Shown here piece by piece: positions 1 through 9,404 of a stretch of DNA of 64,000 nt (within the stretch, counting starts at the first letter, position 1; every line of letters starts with the position of its first letter). A program made the translations under genes and the position numbers. Location of the stretch: assembly GCA_963712675.1 (NCBI GenBank), contig CAVQJF010000021.1:319114-383113 (forward strand), in the 5' to 3' direction. Origin of the DNA: an uncultured Solirubrobacteraceae bacterium (GTDB taxonomy: Bacteria; Actinomycetota; Thermoleophilia; Solirubrobacterales; Solirubrobacteraceae). Under the pieces are notes generated by a model. It had not been told where the DNA came from. It searched no databases and saw only the letters and a program-made list of their open reading frames with translations.

Positions 1-353
1 GCGTCGGTCTTCCCGGCAGGCCCGGTGGTGACGGTGTAGTCACCCGGGTTGAAGTTGACCGTGACCTCGGTCGTCGCCTGTGGGTTGATCGGCCCCGTGC
101 TGGCGAGACCAGTGCCGCTGGCGCTGTGCTGGATCGACAGCGTCTGGGTCTTGGTGGACTGGTTGGTGACGATGAAGATCACCGGCCCGGCGCCGACCGA
201 GCTGGGCGAGACCGAGACGCGGGCGTTATTGATGTAGACCGTCAGGTCGACGGGTGTCGGCGGCCGGGGATTGTTGGCGAACGTCGAGCTGCTGCCGCAA
301 CCAGCCAACGCGAGTCCGCCCGCCGCGAGAATTCCGATCGTCGTCCTGCGCAT
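1..353 (-). CDS. Hypothetical lipoprotein (C-terminal end runs off the window start)
   Basis: Manual translation from ATG at 353: MRRTTIGILAAGGLALAGCGSSSTFANNPRPPTPVDLTVYINNARV...; signal peptide with LAGC lipobox; frame open to position 1; not in the ORF track. Confidence 0.75.
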   Translation of the reverse strand, partial: MRRTTIGILAAGGLALAGCGSSSTFANNPRPPTPVDLTVYINNARVSVSPSSVGAGPVIFIVTNQSTKTQTLSIQHSASGTGLASTGPINPQATTEVTVNFNPGDYTVTTGPAGKTD

Positions 354-476
354 CCTGGACTTGCTCTCCTCTCGAAACCCAACCGCCGCCGGCGCCTGGC
401 GACTCGACGCTGCTGGAATCGGAGAACCCTAACCGACAGTGGCGCAGGAAGCCAGTTTGCCGCGTGCGTGCTGGGG

Positions 477-677
477 TCAGACCGGCTCGGAGACGAGTGA
501 GGCCCGGAGGTTCTCCAGGCGGCGCAGCTCGTGCTGGAGCTGCTCCCACGAGTCGTGCTCGGCGCGCTCGTACTCCTGTCCGGTCAGGTCGCGCAGGCGC
601 TCGGAGTAGTCGTCCCAGGCGCGGCGCGTGTCCGCGTCGAGTTCGCGAAGCCTGTCATCTGTGGCGATCGTAGTCAC
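477..677 (-). CDS. Small hypothetical helical/coiled-coil protein (66 aa)
   Basis: Natural amino-acid composition, GGAG RBS upstream, fills the intergenic gap. Confidence 0.6.
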   Translation of the reverse strand: MTTIATDDRLRELDADTRRAWDDYSERLRDLTGQEYERAEHDSWEQLQHELRRLENLRASLVSEPV

Positions 678-809
678 GTCACGGCTCCTTTCCCCGGCTC
701 GTGTTCAGGACGATGCTACCCCCCGCATCGGTCGCCAAGACGCACTTCATGAGTCTCGTGGGTGCAACGGGCCGTGCACGCCGTCCGGCGCGCGGAGTAT
801 CACCGTGCG

Positions 810-2631
810 ATGGAGCTGCTCGAGCGACCGCTGGCGACGGCCGAGTTCCTCGTGATCGACACCGAGACCAACGGTCTCGCCGGCGACGAATGCGAGCTGA
901 CCGAGGTCGGCGCGGTGCTCGTCGGCGGCGGCGAGCTGCACGACCGGTTCTCCTCGCTCGTGCGCACGAGCGCGCCGCTGCGGCGTGGGATCCAGCGCTT
1001 CACCGGGATCACGCAGGCGATGGTCGACGGGGCGCCATCGCTCGAGACGGTTCTCCCCGACGTGCAGCTGCAGCTGGCCGACCGGGTGATGGTCGCCCAC
1101 AACGCGCCGTTCGACCGGCGGGTGCTCCGGCAGGCGTTCGAGCGGATCGGGCTCGAGTGGCCCAACCCCCCCGTCCTCTGCACGGCGTCGCTCGCGCGCG
1201 CGATGCTCCCGCTGCAGCGCCAGCGGGGCCTGAAGACGCTCGCGGAGGCGCTGAACATCGAGGTGGAGGAGTCCCATCGCGCGCTCCCGGACGCGGAGAC
1301 GTGCGCGCGGGTTCTGTGCGCGCTGTTCCCCCGCCTGTGCGCGAACGCAGCCACGATCAAGGACGCGCTCGTCCTGCTCAGACCCAAGCGCCGGCCGCGA
1401 CCGAAGCAGCCACCGCGCTATCCGGCGCACCTGCCGGGGCGTCCCGAGCTCGACTTCAAGGACCTTCCGAAGGACCCCGGCGTGTACCTGTTCCGAGACG
1501 CGGCCGGCCGCACGCTGTACGTCGGCAAGTCGATCTCGATCCGCTCGCGCGCGCGTGCGCATTTCGCCCCGTCCACCTTCCCGGCGGATTGGACCGCGCA
1601 CGCGACGATCGTCGATTACCGCTCGACGCGCTCCGAGCTCGGGGCGCTCGTGCTCGAGAACCGGCTTGATCAAGCAGCTCAAGCCGCCGGGCAACACTCG
1701 GCTCACGCGGCGCGACGACCGGCTCGTGTACATCCGCTGCCGCCTCGACATCTCGTTCCCGATCCTTGAGGTAGCGACGGAGCCGACCCCCGGACACGGC
1801 GTCACGATCGGTCCGCTGCGGGGACGCAAACTCGTCCAGGAGCTGGTCGAGCAGCTCGACAGCCTGTTCGGGCTGCGCCACTGCGCGCGCCGGCTGCCGC
1901 GCCGAGAGCACCCGTCCGCCTACGGGCAGATGGGTCGCTGTCTTTCGCCGTGCCTCGGCGATCTGGACCCGAACCTCTACCGTCGCCGGCTGGACGAGGC
2001 GCTGGCGCTGTTCGCGGCCGGCGACGGCCCCGCCGGCGAGCGACTGATCAGCCATGTCCGCTCCCAGATGAAGAGCGCCGCGGCCGAGCGCAGCTACGAG
2101 CGCGCGGCGTGGCTACGGCGCCGGGCGCGGCGGCTGAGCGCGATCCTCGAGCGGCTCGAGGGCGTGCTCGAGGCGACCCACGCCCGTCCACGGCTGATCC
2201 TCGCGCCGCACCCGACCGATCAGACCGCGGACGCCTTCTGGGTCGTCGGCGGCCGGGTCCGGGACTGGGGTCCGGTCCCGGACCTCGCGGAGCTCACGGA
2301 GCGAACGCGGATCGCCCTGATGCGCGGCAGCGCCCGTGCCGGCGAGCTCACCGCGCACCTGCCGCCCGACGAGGTCGACGAGATGCGGATCGTCGCGACC
2401 TGGCTCGCGTCTCACCCGGACGCGCCGCAGCTCGTGCTCGACCCGCCGCCCGGCGAGCCGGAACTCGCTCGGTTCGTGACCGGCGTTCAGCCGGTGAACG
2501 GCAGCTCGACGACCTCGGCGGTGACGCCGTTCTCGCCGACCGAGACGGTCGTGCCGACAGGCGCCTCCCGGCGGACCAGCGCCAGCCCGATCGGACCGAA
2601 CGTCGGCGACCAGGTGGCGCTCGTGATCTGA
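810..2631 (+). pseudogene. DEDDh 3'-5' exonuclease + GIY-YIG (UvrC/Cho, Rv2191-like) nuclease split by a +1 frameshift at 1666-1667 (pseudogene or sequencing error)
   Basis: Frame 1 has VIDTETNG, HNAPFD, HRALPDA (DEDDh) and PGVYLF..LYVGKS (GIY-YIG). At GAGAACCGGCTTGATCAAG removing one T restores the conserved ENRLIKQLKPPGN and joins the 1555..2631 frame (CLSPC, RSYERAAWLR UvrB/C-like motif). Confidence 0.85.
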
Positions 2632-3371
2632 CCGAGCTCGCGCTCGCCGCCGGTCAGCCGATCGCCGGCCGCCGCGGCCGACGACAGCCGCAGCCCGCGC
2701 AGCGAGCGATTCGGCTTGCCCCGATAGAACAGCCTCGCGACCGTCTCCTGGCCGACGTAGCACCCCTTCGTGAACGACACCGCGCGCTCGTTGAGACCGG
2801 CCTCCTGCGGAATCACGGTGTCGTCGAGATCGACCCCGTAGCGGGGGCGACCGTGCTCGATCCGCACTAGCTCGACCTCCTCATCGGACAGCGTAGGGAG
2901 GTCCAAGGCGCCAAGCAGCGCGCCGACATCGGCCGCATCGCAGAGCAGGTCGACGCCGACGTCGGTGCGAATCGCCCGCGCGGACACCCCGCCCACGGTC
3001 ACCAAGGCGTGGGCGTGCTCGGGCTCGGGCGCCGGCACCACGTCGGGGCCGATCAGCGACAGCAGCCCGGATTCGAGCGTCCGCTTGTGCAGCTCGAGAT
3101 CGAACCCGATGCTGAAGCGGCGGATCATGTTGAACAGCTCCTGGAGCGCGACCCGCTCGGTGTCGAGCAGCAGCTCCTCGCCCGTGTCGAGCACGCGCAG
3201 GTCGCCGAGCATCTTTCCCTTCGGGGTCAGGAACGCCGCGTAGCAGCCCTCGCCTGGATTCAGGGCCTCGACATCGTTCGTCACCTGCCCCTGGAGGAAC
3301 TCCTTGGCGCCGCCGCCGCTGAGCGCCAGCTTGCCGCGCTCGGACCGGTCGTATACGCCCGTTGTGCTCAT
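2487..3371 (-). CDS. ygfZ: YgfZ/CAF17-like folate-binding protein
   Basis: KGCYVGQE signature; N-terminal FLQGQVTND; GcvT-like fold. Confidence 0.92.
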   Translation of the reverse strand: MSTTGVYDRSERGKLALSGGGAKEFLQGQVTNDVEALNPGEGCYAAFLTPKGKMLGDLRVLDTGEELLLDTERVALQELFNMIRRFSIGFDLELHKRTLESGLLSLIGPDVVPAPEPEHAHALVTVGGVSARAIRTDVGVDLLCDAADVGALLGALDLPTLSDEEVELVRIEHGRPRYGVDLDDTVIPQEAGLNERAVSFTKGCYVGQETVARLFYRGKPNRSLRGLRLSSAAAAGDRLTGGERELGQITSATWSPTFGPIGLALVRREAPVGTTVSVGENGVTAEVVELPFTG

Positions 3372-3385
3372 GCTCAACAAACATC

Positions 3386-3421
3386 TTGCCAAAAGGCATT
3401 TTTAGGCGTACCATAATTTGA
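3386..3421 (+). promoter_or_regulatory. Sigma70-type promoter of leaderless mntR, overlapping a possible DtxR/MntR operator
   Basis: TTGCCA (3386-3391), 17 bp, TACCAT (3409-3414), 7 nt, ATG 3422; AT-rich stretch with TGCC-AAAA-GGCA and TTTTAGGCGTACCATAAT. Confidence 0.6.
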
Positions 3422-4096
3422 ATGTTGGAGCACCAGGAACATTCTTCAGCCGTTGAGGATTATGCGAAGGCGATCTACGCCCTCGAGCACCGTCACGGAG
3501 ACGCCGTCAGCACCAACGCGCTGGCCGAACGGCTCGGCGTGACGGCAGCCTCGGCCTCGGGGATGGTCAAGCGGCTGGGCGAGCTGGGCCTGGTCGAGCA
3601 CCGCCCCTATCGCGGCGTGTCGCTGACCGAGGAGGGCCGGCGCGTCGCTCTCGAGGTCATGCGCCACCACCGACTGCTCGAGGCGTACCTGGTGCAGAGC
3701 CTCGGGGTGCCGTGGGACCGGGTCCACCAGGAGGCCGAGGTGCTCGAGCACGTCCTCTCCGAGGAGCTCGAAGAGCTGATCGCAGCGAAGCTCGGTGACC
3801 CCACGCATGACCCGCACGGCGACCCGATCCCGACGCGCGAGCTGACGATCGAGGAGCGGCCGACGGAGAGCCTCGAGGCACTCGAGTGTGGTGCCAGCGG
3901 CGTATTCACGCGAATCTCAGATTCGGATCCGGACATGCTGCGGTTTCTCGCCGAGCGCGGGATCGCCCCGGGCGACCGCTTCGAGGTGATCGACAAGCAG
4001 CCGTTCGACGGTCCGCTGTTCGTCCGCTTCGGCGACGACGTGCACGTGCTGGGCGGCGCGCTCGTACGGGCCATGCGCGTCGAGGTCGCCGAGTGA
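3422..4096 (+). CDS. mntR: DtxR/MntR-family manganese-dependent regulator with FeoA domain
   Basis: EDYAKAIY wHTH, RHHRLLE, EAEVLEH, DPHGDPIP; adjacent to an Nramp transporter. Confidence 0.92.
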   Translation: MLEHQEHSSAVEDYAKAIYALEHRHGDAVSTNALAERLGVTAASASGMVKRLGELGLVEHRPYRGVSLTEEGRRVALEVMRHHRLLEAYLVQSLGVPWDRVHQEAEVLEHVLSEELEELIAAKLGDPTHDPHGDPIPTRELTIEERPTESLEALECGASGVFTRISDSDPDMLRFLAERGIAPGDRFEVIDKQPFDGPLFVRFGDDVHVLGGALVRAMRVEVAE

Positions 4097-4141
4097 CGCC
4101 GCCGCCGCCCCCGATCCGGGTTCCGGTCCTCAAGGGTGCGG

Positions 4142-5404
4142 ATGGCAGCGACGGTAGAGCTGCTCGGCCAGAGCCCGCTCGAGCGGCTGCTGGCGCGCGG
4201 CCGGCTGCGGGCGACGCTCGCGATGCTGGGGCCGGCATTCGTCGCCTCGGTCGCGTACGTGGACCCGGGGAACTTCGCCACCAACATTCAGGGCGGGGCT
4301 CGCTTCGGCTACATGCTGATGTGGGTCGTGCTGGTCGCGAACTTGATGGCGATGCTGATCCAGTACCTGTCGGCGAAGCTCGGGATCGTCACCGACCGGA
4401 CGCTGCCCGAGCTGTGCCGCGAGCGCTTCCCACGCTGGATGTCGTGGGGGCTGTGGATCCAGGCCGAGGTGATGGCGATGTCGACCGATATCGCCGAGTT
4501 TCTCGGCGCCGCGCTCGGGCTCAACCTCCTGTTCGGGGTGCCGCTGTTCACCGCGGGGCTGATGACCGGCGTGATCGCCTTCGGGATCCTCGCGCTCCAG
4601 AGCCGCGGCTACCGCAAGTTCGAGATCGCGATAACCGCGCTGCTCGTGATCGTGTTCGCGGGCTTCCTGTACGAGACGCTGCGGATCGGCCCCTCGGTGC
4701 ACGAGTCGCTGCGCGGACTGCTGCCCGGCCTCAGCGGCACGAGCGCGCTGTACCTCGCGGTCGGGATCATCGGCGCGACCGTGATGCCGCACGTGATCTA
4801 CCTCCATTCGGCGCTGACGAAGGGCCGGATGAAGTACCGCGACGACTCCGAGCGCCGGCGGGTGTTGCGGTTCGAGCGGCTCGACGTCGTGATCGCGCTC
4901 GGGTTGGCGGGGCTCGTCAATCTGTGCATGCTGGCGGTCGCCGCGAAGCTGTTCCACGTGCCTGGACTTCACGGGGTCAGCACGATCCAGGGCGCGCACG
5001 TCCAGTTCGGGCGGCTCGTCGGCGGCGGTGCCGCGCTCGCGTTCGCGGCCGCGCTGTTCGCGTCGGGTGCCTCCTCCTCGAGCGTCGGCACGTACGCGGG
5101 TCAGGTCGTGATGGCGGGCTTCGTCAACATCCGGATTCCGGTGCTGCTGCGCCGCGCCGTGACGATGGTGCCGGCGCTGGTCGTGCTCGCCGTCGGCACG
5201 AGCCCGACGAGTGCGCTGGTGCTGAGCCAGGTGGTGCTGTCGTTCGGGATCCCGCTGGCGCTGGTGCCGCTCGTGGTCCTGACGAGCAAGCGCTCGGTGA
5301 TGGGAGCCCACGTCAACAGCCGGCTGACGAACGTGGCCGCCTACGGCGTTGCGGGCCTGATCACCGCGATGAACGTGTTCCTGATCGGGCAGACGCTGCT
5401 TTAG
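4142..5404 (+). CDS. mntH: Nramp-family Mn2+/divalent metal transporter
   Basis: YVDPGNFATN and GATVMPHVIYLHS motifs; many TM segments. Confidence 0.95.
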   Translation: MAATVELLGQSPLERLLARGRLRATLAMLGPAFVASVAYVDPGNFATNIQGGARFGYMLMWVVLVANLMAMLIQYLSAKLGIVTDRTLPELCRERFPRWMSWGLWIQAEVMAMSTDIAEFLGAALGLNLLFGVPLFTAGLMTGVIAFGILALQSRGYRKFEIAITALLVIVFAGFLYETLRIGPSVHESLRGLLPGLSGTSALYLAVGIIGATVMPHVIYLHSALTKGRMKYRDDSERRRVLRFERLDVVIALGLAGLVNLCMLAVAAKLFHVPGLHGVSTIQGAHVQFGRLVGGGAALAFAAALFASGASSSSVGTYAGQVVMAGFVNIRIPVLLRRAVTMVPALVVLAVGTSPTSALVLSQVVLSFGIPLALVPLVVLTSKRSVMGAHVNSRLTNVAAYGVAGLITAMNVFLIGQTLL

Positions 5405-5433
5405 GAAGTTCCCTCCCTATACGCTTCACCGCG

Positions 5434-5796
5434 ATGGCTCTCGCCCACATCTTCAACGAGGTCGTCGACTCGCTGCCCGACGACTGGACCGACCTCGAGT
5501 TCGACCTGCGGATCTTCGACGAGCGGCGCTACGTCGATGCGGCCGTGCTGTTGGTGGTCTGCAATGCGCAGCCGTACTCCAAGCACGACTGGCATTGGCG
5601 GATCCTCGTTGCCCACCGGTTCGGGCATGCGGCCGCCCCGGCGGCTGTGCACCTGGCGCTGAAGCTGCTCGACGACGCCGGCATCGAGGGTGAGCTCGCG
5701 CTGCGCGAGGCGCGCTCGGGACGGGTCGAGGTGACGCAGATGTGGGGCCGGACCGAATCGGTGCGCCGGGAGTTCGCGAAGCTCCGCGCGCAGTGA
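5434..5796 (+). CDS. Hypothetical protein (120 aa)
   Basis: 3' part of ORF 3886..5796 with natural composition; TACGCT -10 lies 8 nt before the ATG (leaderless); coupled to next gene by GTGA. Confidence 0.75.
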   Translation: MALAHIFNEVVDSLPDDWTDLEFDLRIFDERRYVDAAVLLVVCNAQPYSKHDWHWRILVAHRFGHAAAPAAVHLALKLLDDAGIEGELALREARSGRVEVTQMWGRTESVRREFAKLRAQ

Positions 5797-6107
5797 TCGT
5801 CGCGTACATCCCCGACTTGCTGTTCGGGTCACAGGTCCTCGGCGCGCTCAGCGGTCGCGAAGTCAAGCTCGTCTCAACCCTGGACGAGACCGACGCAGAA
5901 CTCCTGATCGTCGACCTCACCGCGGACGCAGCGGAGCGGCTCGCCGCGCTGCCCGAGCGCCGGCCCCCGACGCTCGCGTTCTACTCGCACGTCGAGGCGG
6001 ACGTGCGAGCGATGGCGGAAGCGGCCGGAATCGACCTTGTCGTGCCGCGCTCCCGGATGGCGCGCGAGGGCCCGGCTCTAGTCGACCGCCTACTCGCTGT
6101 CCGCTAG
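5793..6107 (+). CDS. Atypical receiver-like (CheY-fold) small protein
   Basis: GTGA overlap; ELLIVDL, TLAFYSHV, AGIDLVVPRS resemble a degenerate receiver domain. Confidence 0.6.
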   Translation: MIVAYIPDLLFGSQVLGALSGREVKLVSTLDETDAELLIVDLTADAAERLAALPERRPPTLAFYSHVEADVRAMAEAAGIDLVVPRSRMAREGPALVDRLLAVR

Positions 6108-7100
6108 CTCCGACGCCGCCGCCGCGGTGGGCGCCTGCTTCTGATCGGTGATGTCGTACATCACCCCTTGCAGGATCGCGCCGTCGGACTCCTGGAGAAC
6201 GACCGCCTCGTCGCGGATCCAGACCGTCCGTCCGTCCTTCGCGACCATCCTGTACTCGCTCAGCAGAGGCTCGCCGGTGAGCCGCGTGTGCTCTTCCTGG
6301 GCGAGCGCCTTCTCACGGTCATCGACGTGCATTCGGTCGAGCCATATGCCGGCGTCGTTCAGCCACTCCGCCTGGGTGAAGCCGAGGATCGTCTCCACCT
6401 GCGGGGCGACGTATCGCCATGGCCCGCGGACGCCTAAGGGCGCTTGGTAGACGATCGCGGGCAGCCGTTCGACCAGCGAGCGGTAGCGCTTCTCTGCGTC
6501 GCGGAGTTCGTTGAGCAGCCGCTCGGTGGCCTGGTGGGCATCGGCCGACTCGACGGCGAGGGCCAGGTGTGCGGCGACGCCCGACAGCACCGCGAGGTCG
6601 GCGGAGGACGGCCGGAGGCCATCGAGCGGCTCGTCGAGCGACAGCACGCCGAGCAGGTGGCCGTCCGAATGTCGGAGCGGAACGAACAGCGCATCATCCG
6701 GGCGCCAGGCGTCGCGATGGTCCAGCGGTCGTAGCTCGGGCACGAACGACGGTTCGGTGTGAATCGTCCAATCGAAGGCGCCGGCGGGAACGAAGTAGGA
6801 GCCCTCGATGTCGAATCGGGGATCGAGCAGAGGCTCCCAGCCCTCCGCGGTCGTGACCGTCCCGAGCAGCACCTCGCTAGCGGCATCGCTGCCCTGGACG
6901 ACGACCACCTCGTAGTCATACGTCGCGGGGCGGTGGAGGTTCAGGACGACGGTCGCGAACCCGAACGCGTCGGCGACCGTCGCGGCGACAACCTCGTGCA
7001 GCTCGGAACCGCGGACACCGACGCTGACGAGCCGAGCGACATGCAGCAGCGCCTCCAGGCGCCGCACGTCTCGTTGGGCGTCATCAATCTCGTTGCGCAC
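6090..7100 (-). CDS. GAF + PAS/PAC sensor protein without output domain
   Basis: GAF end (FVPLRHSDGHLLGVLSLD), PAS (YRSLVERLPAIVY..MHVDD..EYRMVAKDGRTVWIRD..GVMYDITDQK), then stop; start uncertain. Confidence 0.85.
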   Translation of the reverse strand: MRNEIDDAQRDVRRLEALLHVARLVSVGVRGSELHEVVAATVADAFGFATVVLNLHRPATYDYEVVVVQGSDAASEVLLGTVTTAEGWEPLLDPRFDIEGSYFVPAGAFDWTIHTEPSFVPELRPLDHRDAWRPDDALFVPLRHSDGHLLGVLSLDEPLDGLRPSSADLAVLSGVAAHLALAVESADAHQATERLLNELRDAEKRYRSLVERLPAIVYQAPLGVRGPWRYVAPQVETILGFTQAEWLNDAGIWLDRMHVDDREKALAQEEHTRLTGEPLLSEYRMVAKDGRTVWIRDEAVVLQESDGAILQGVMYDITDQKQAPTAAAASELADSE

Positions 7101-7193
7101 CGCAATCTCCCGCTGCCGATCATGTCTGACAACGTGTCTAGTTGCAACACGCAACGGGGGGACGGTCCCGCTCCATTAAGATTCGTGACGCGA

Positions 7194-9404
7194 ATGCGCC
7201 GCCGCGTCACGTTCAGCAGGAATCTCACGCTGTCGCTCTCGCGTACGTGCCGGTGCTATTGCAAGTACTGCGCGTTCGCGACGCACAAGCCGCACCTGCA
7301 CGCGCCGGACGAGGTTCTGGAGCTGCTGGACGGGGCCGTGCGCCGCCACCGGGTCAAGGAACTGCTCGTGCTGACCGGCGAGCGGCCTGAGGTCAACGAC
7401 GGCGTCGCCGCGCTGCTGAGGTCGTATGGATTCGAGGATTTCGTGGCCTACGTGGTGTGGGTCTGCGAGCGGGCGTTGGAGCGAGGCGTGCTGCCGCACA
7501 CGAACCTCGGGGTGCTGGAGCCGGGCGACCTCGCGCGGCTGCGCGAGGTGACGGCGTCGCAGGGGTTGATGCTCGAGTCGGTCAACCCGGACCTGGTCGC
7601 GCATCAGGGCTCGCCGACGAAGCACCCTGCCGTGCGGCTGCAGACGATTGAGGCGGCCGGCGAGCTGCGGATCCCGTTCACGAGCGGCGTGCTGGTCGGG
7701 ATCGGCGAGTCGCTGGACGAGCGGGTGGCGGCGCTCGAAGCCCTCGCGTCCGTCCACGAACGGTACGGGCACATCCAGGAGGTGATCCTGCAGAACTTCG
7801 TCCCGCACCAGAGCTACTACGGCCGCGAGCCGGCGTCGATCGCCGGCGAGGCATCGGAGCGCTACTGGCGGACCGGGATCTCCGACGGGCCGGTGCTCGA
7901 TCGCCCGCCATGGGCGTCTGATGTGACGGTCGACGATCTCGTGGCATTGGTCAGCGAGGCGCGCCGGCTGCTCCCCGGCGTCGGCGTGCAGGTGCCGCCG
8001 AACCTGTCCGACTGGTGGCCGGCGCTGGTCGCCGCGGGCGCGACCGACCTCGGTGGGCTGTCGGCGAACGGCGACCACATCTCGCCCGAGCACCCGTTCC
8101 CTTCCCCAGCAGCGGTCCGCAAGCGACTCGCCTCCGAGGGGTTCGCGCTGTCAGAGCGGCTGTGCGTGTACCCCGAGTACATCGACCCCGAATGGCTCTC
8201 GCAGCCCGTGCTCGACGTGATCAAGTCGACGTACTGGTCGTTCATTCCGCGACGCGGGTCGGGTCGGCGCGGCGAGGTGTCGCTCGCCGATGACGTGGCG
8301 CCGCGGGCCGTCGCGCGGGCCGCCGACGGAGAGTCGCTGACGGCTGAGGAACTTACGGCGCTGTTCGCCGAGCGGAGGCCGGGCGTGATCGAGGAGATGC
8401 GGTGCGCCGCGGACGAGCTGCGGTCCTCGCTCGCGGGCGACACGGTCACGTTCGTGGTCAACCGCAACATCAACGTCTCGAACATCTGCGTCGTCGGCTG
8501 CGCGTTCTGCGGGTTCGGCCAGGGGAAGCGCTCACCGGACGCCTATGAACACTCCGAGGAGGAGTTCGCGGGTCGTGTGCGCCAGGCCGTCGACGCGGGC
8601 GCGACCGAGATCTGCATGCAGTCGGGGATCCATCCCGACTGGGGGCTCGAGGACTACCTGAAATGGCTTCGATTCGCGAAGTCGGTCGCCCCGCAGCTGC
8701 ACCTGCACGCATACTCGCCGATGGAGGTCGCGCACATGTGCGACGTCTCCGGGCTGCCGCCGCGCGCCGTGTTTGAACGGCTGCGGGAAGCCGGGCTGGG
8801 CTCCACGCCGGGCACGGCCGCCGAGGTGCTGCACGACGGCGTCCGCGAGCGGATCTCGCCGAACAAGCTGCCAGTCGCGCGGTGGGTCGAGATCATCGAG
8901 GCGTGCCACGCCGAGGGAATCCGCTCGACCGTGACCGTCATGTTCGGGCATATCGAGGAGCCCTGGGAGCTCGCCGAGCACATGCGGGTGGTCCGCGAGC
9001 TACAGGAGCGGACGGGCGGGTTCACCGAGTTCGTGCCGCTGTCGTTCATCCCGTTCCACACGCTGCTCGGGCGGACGCACGGCGTCGAGGAGATCTCGCT
9101 CGAGGAGAACCTGAAGCACACCGCGGCGTTCAGGCTCGCGCTGGGCCGGACGGTGGTTAATCTGCAGGCTTCGTGGGTGAAGATGGGGCTCGACGCGGCG
9201 ACCGAGGCGCTGAGCTGGGGCGTCAACGACCTCGGCGGGACGCTGATGGAGGAATCGATCTCAAGGATGGCCGGCTCCTACCACGGGGTTGAGGTGTCGG
9301 TGCAGGACCTCGTCGGCGCCGCGCATCGCGCGGGTCGGCCGGCGGCCGAGCGGACGACGCTGTACGAGCTCCGCCGCGAGTATCCGCTGCCCGTGCCGGT
9401 GTAA
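7194..9404 (+). CDS. fbiC: Bifunctional FO synthase CofG-CofH (F420 chromophore)
   Basis: Two radical-SAM CxxxCxxC motifs (CRCYCKYC; CVVGCAFC), TFVVNRNIN, PGTAAEVL, NLQASWVKMG, NDLGGTLMEESISRMAG. Confidence 0.93.
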   Translation: MRRRVTFSRNLTLSLSRTCRCYCKYCAFATHKPHLHAPDEVLELLDGAVRRHRVKELLVLTGERPEVNDGVAALLRSYGFEDFVAYVVWVCERALERGVLPHTNLGVLEPGDLARLREVTASQGLMLESVNPDLVAHQGSPTKHPAVRLQTIEAAGELRIPFTSGVLVGIGESLDERVAALEALASVHERYGHIQEVILQNFVPHQSYYGREPASIAGEASERYWRTGISDGPVLDRPPWASDVTVDDLVALVSEARRLLPGVGVQVPPNLSDWWPALVAAGATDLGGLSANGDHISPEHPFPSPAAVRKRLASEGFALSERLCVYPEYIDPEWLSQPVLDVIKSTYWSFIPRRGSGRRGEVSLADDVAPRAVARAADGESLTAEELTALFAERRPGVIEEMRCAADELRSSLAGDTVTFVVNRNINVSNICVVGCAFCGFGQGKRSPDAYEHSEEEFAGRVRQAVDAGATEICMQSGIHPDWGLEDYLKWLRFAKSVAPQLHLHAYSPMEVAHMCDVSGLPPRAVFERLREAGLGSTPGTAAEVLHDGVRERISPNKLPVARWVEIIEACHAEGIRSTVTVMFGHIEEPWELAEHMRVVRELQERTGGFTEFVPLSFIPFHTLLGRTHGVEEISLEENLKHTAAFRLALGRTVVNLQASWVKMGLDAATEALSWGVNDLGGTLMEESISRMAGSYHGVEVSVQDLVGAAHRAGRPAAERTTLYELRREYPLPVPV

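Noticed and set aside
2487-2631. 145-bp convergent overlap between the Cho-like gene and ygfZ as dual coding
   Set aside because: The extension reads like antisense read-through, common where stop codons are rare; no motif supports function.
3886-5796. 636-aa ORF spanning mntH
   Set aside because: Only the last 120 codons look coding; the rest is an off-frame shadow of mntH.
7155-7170. GGGGGGACGGTCCC near fbiC and GGGAGGGCGGTCCCC near 56866 as a shared REP motif
   Set aside because: Too short and GC-rich to separate from chance.
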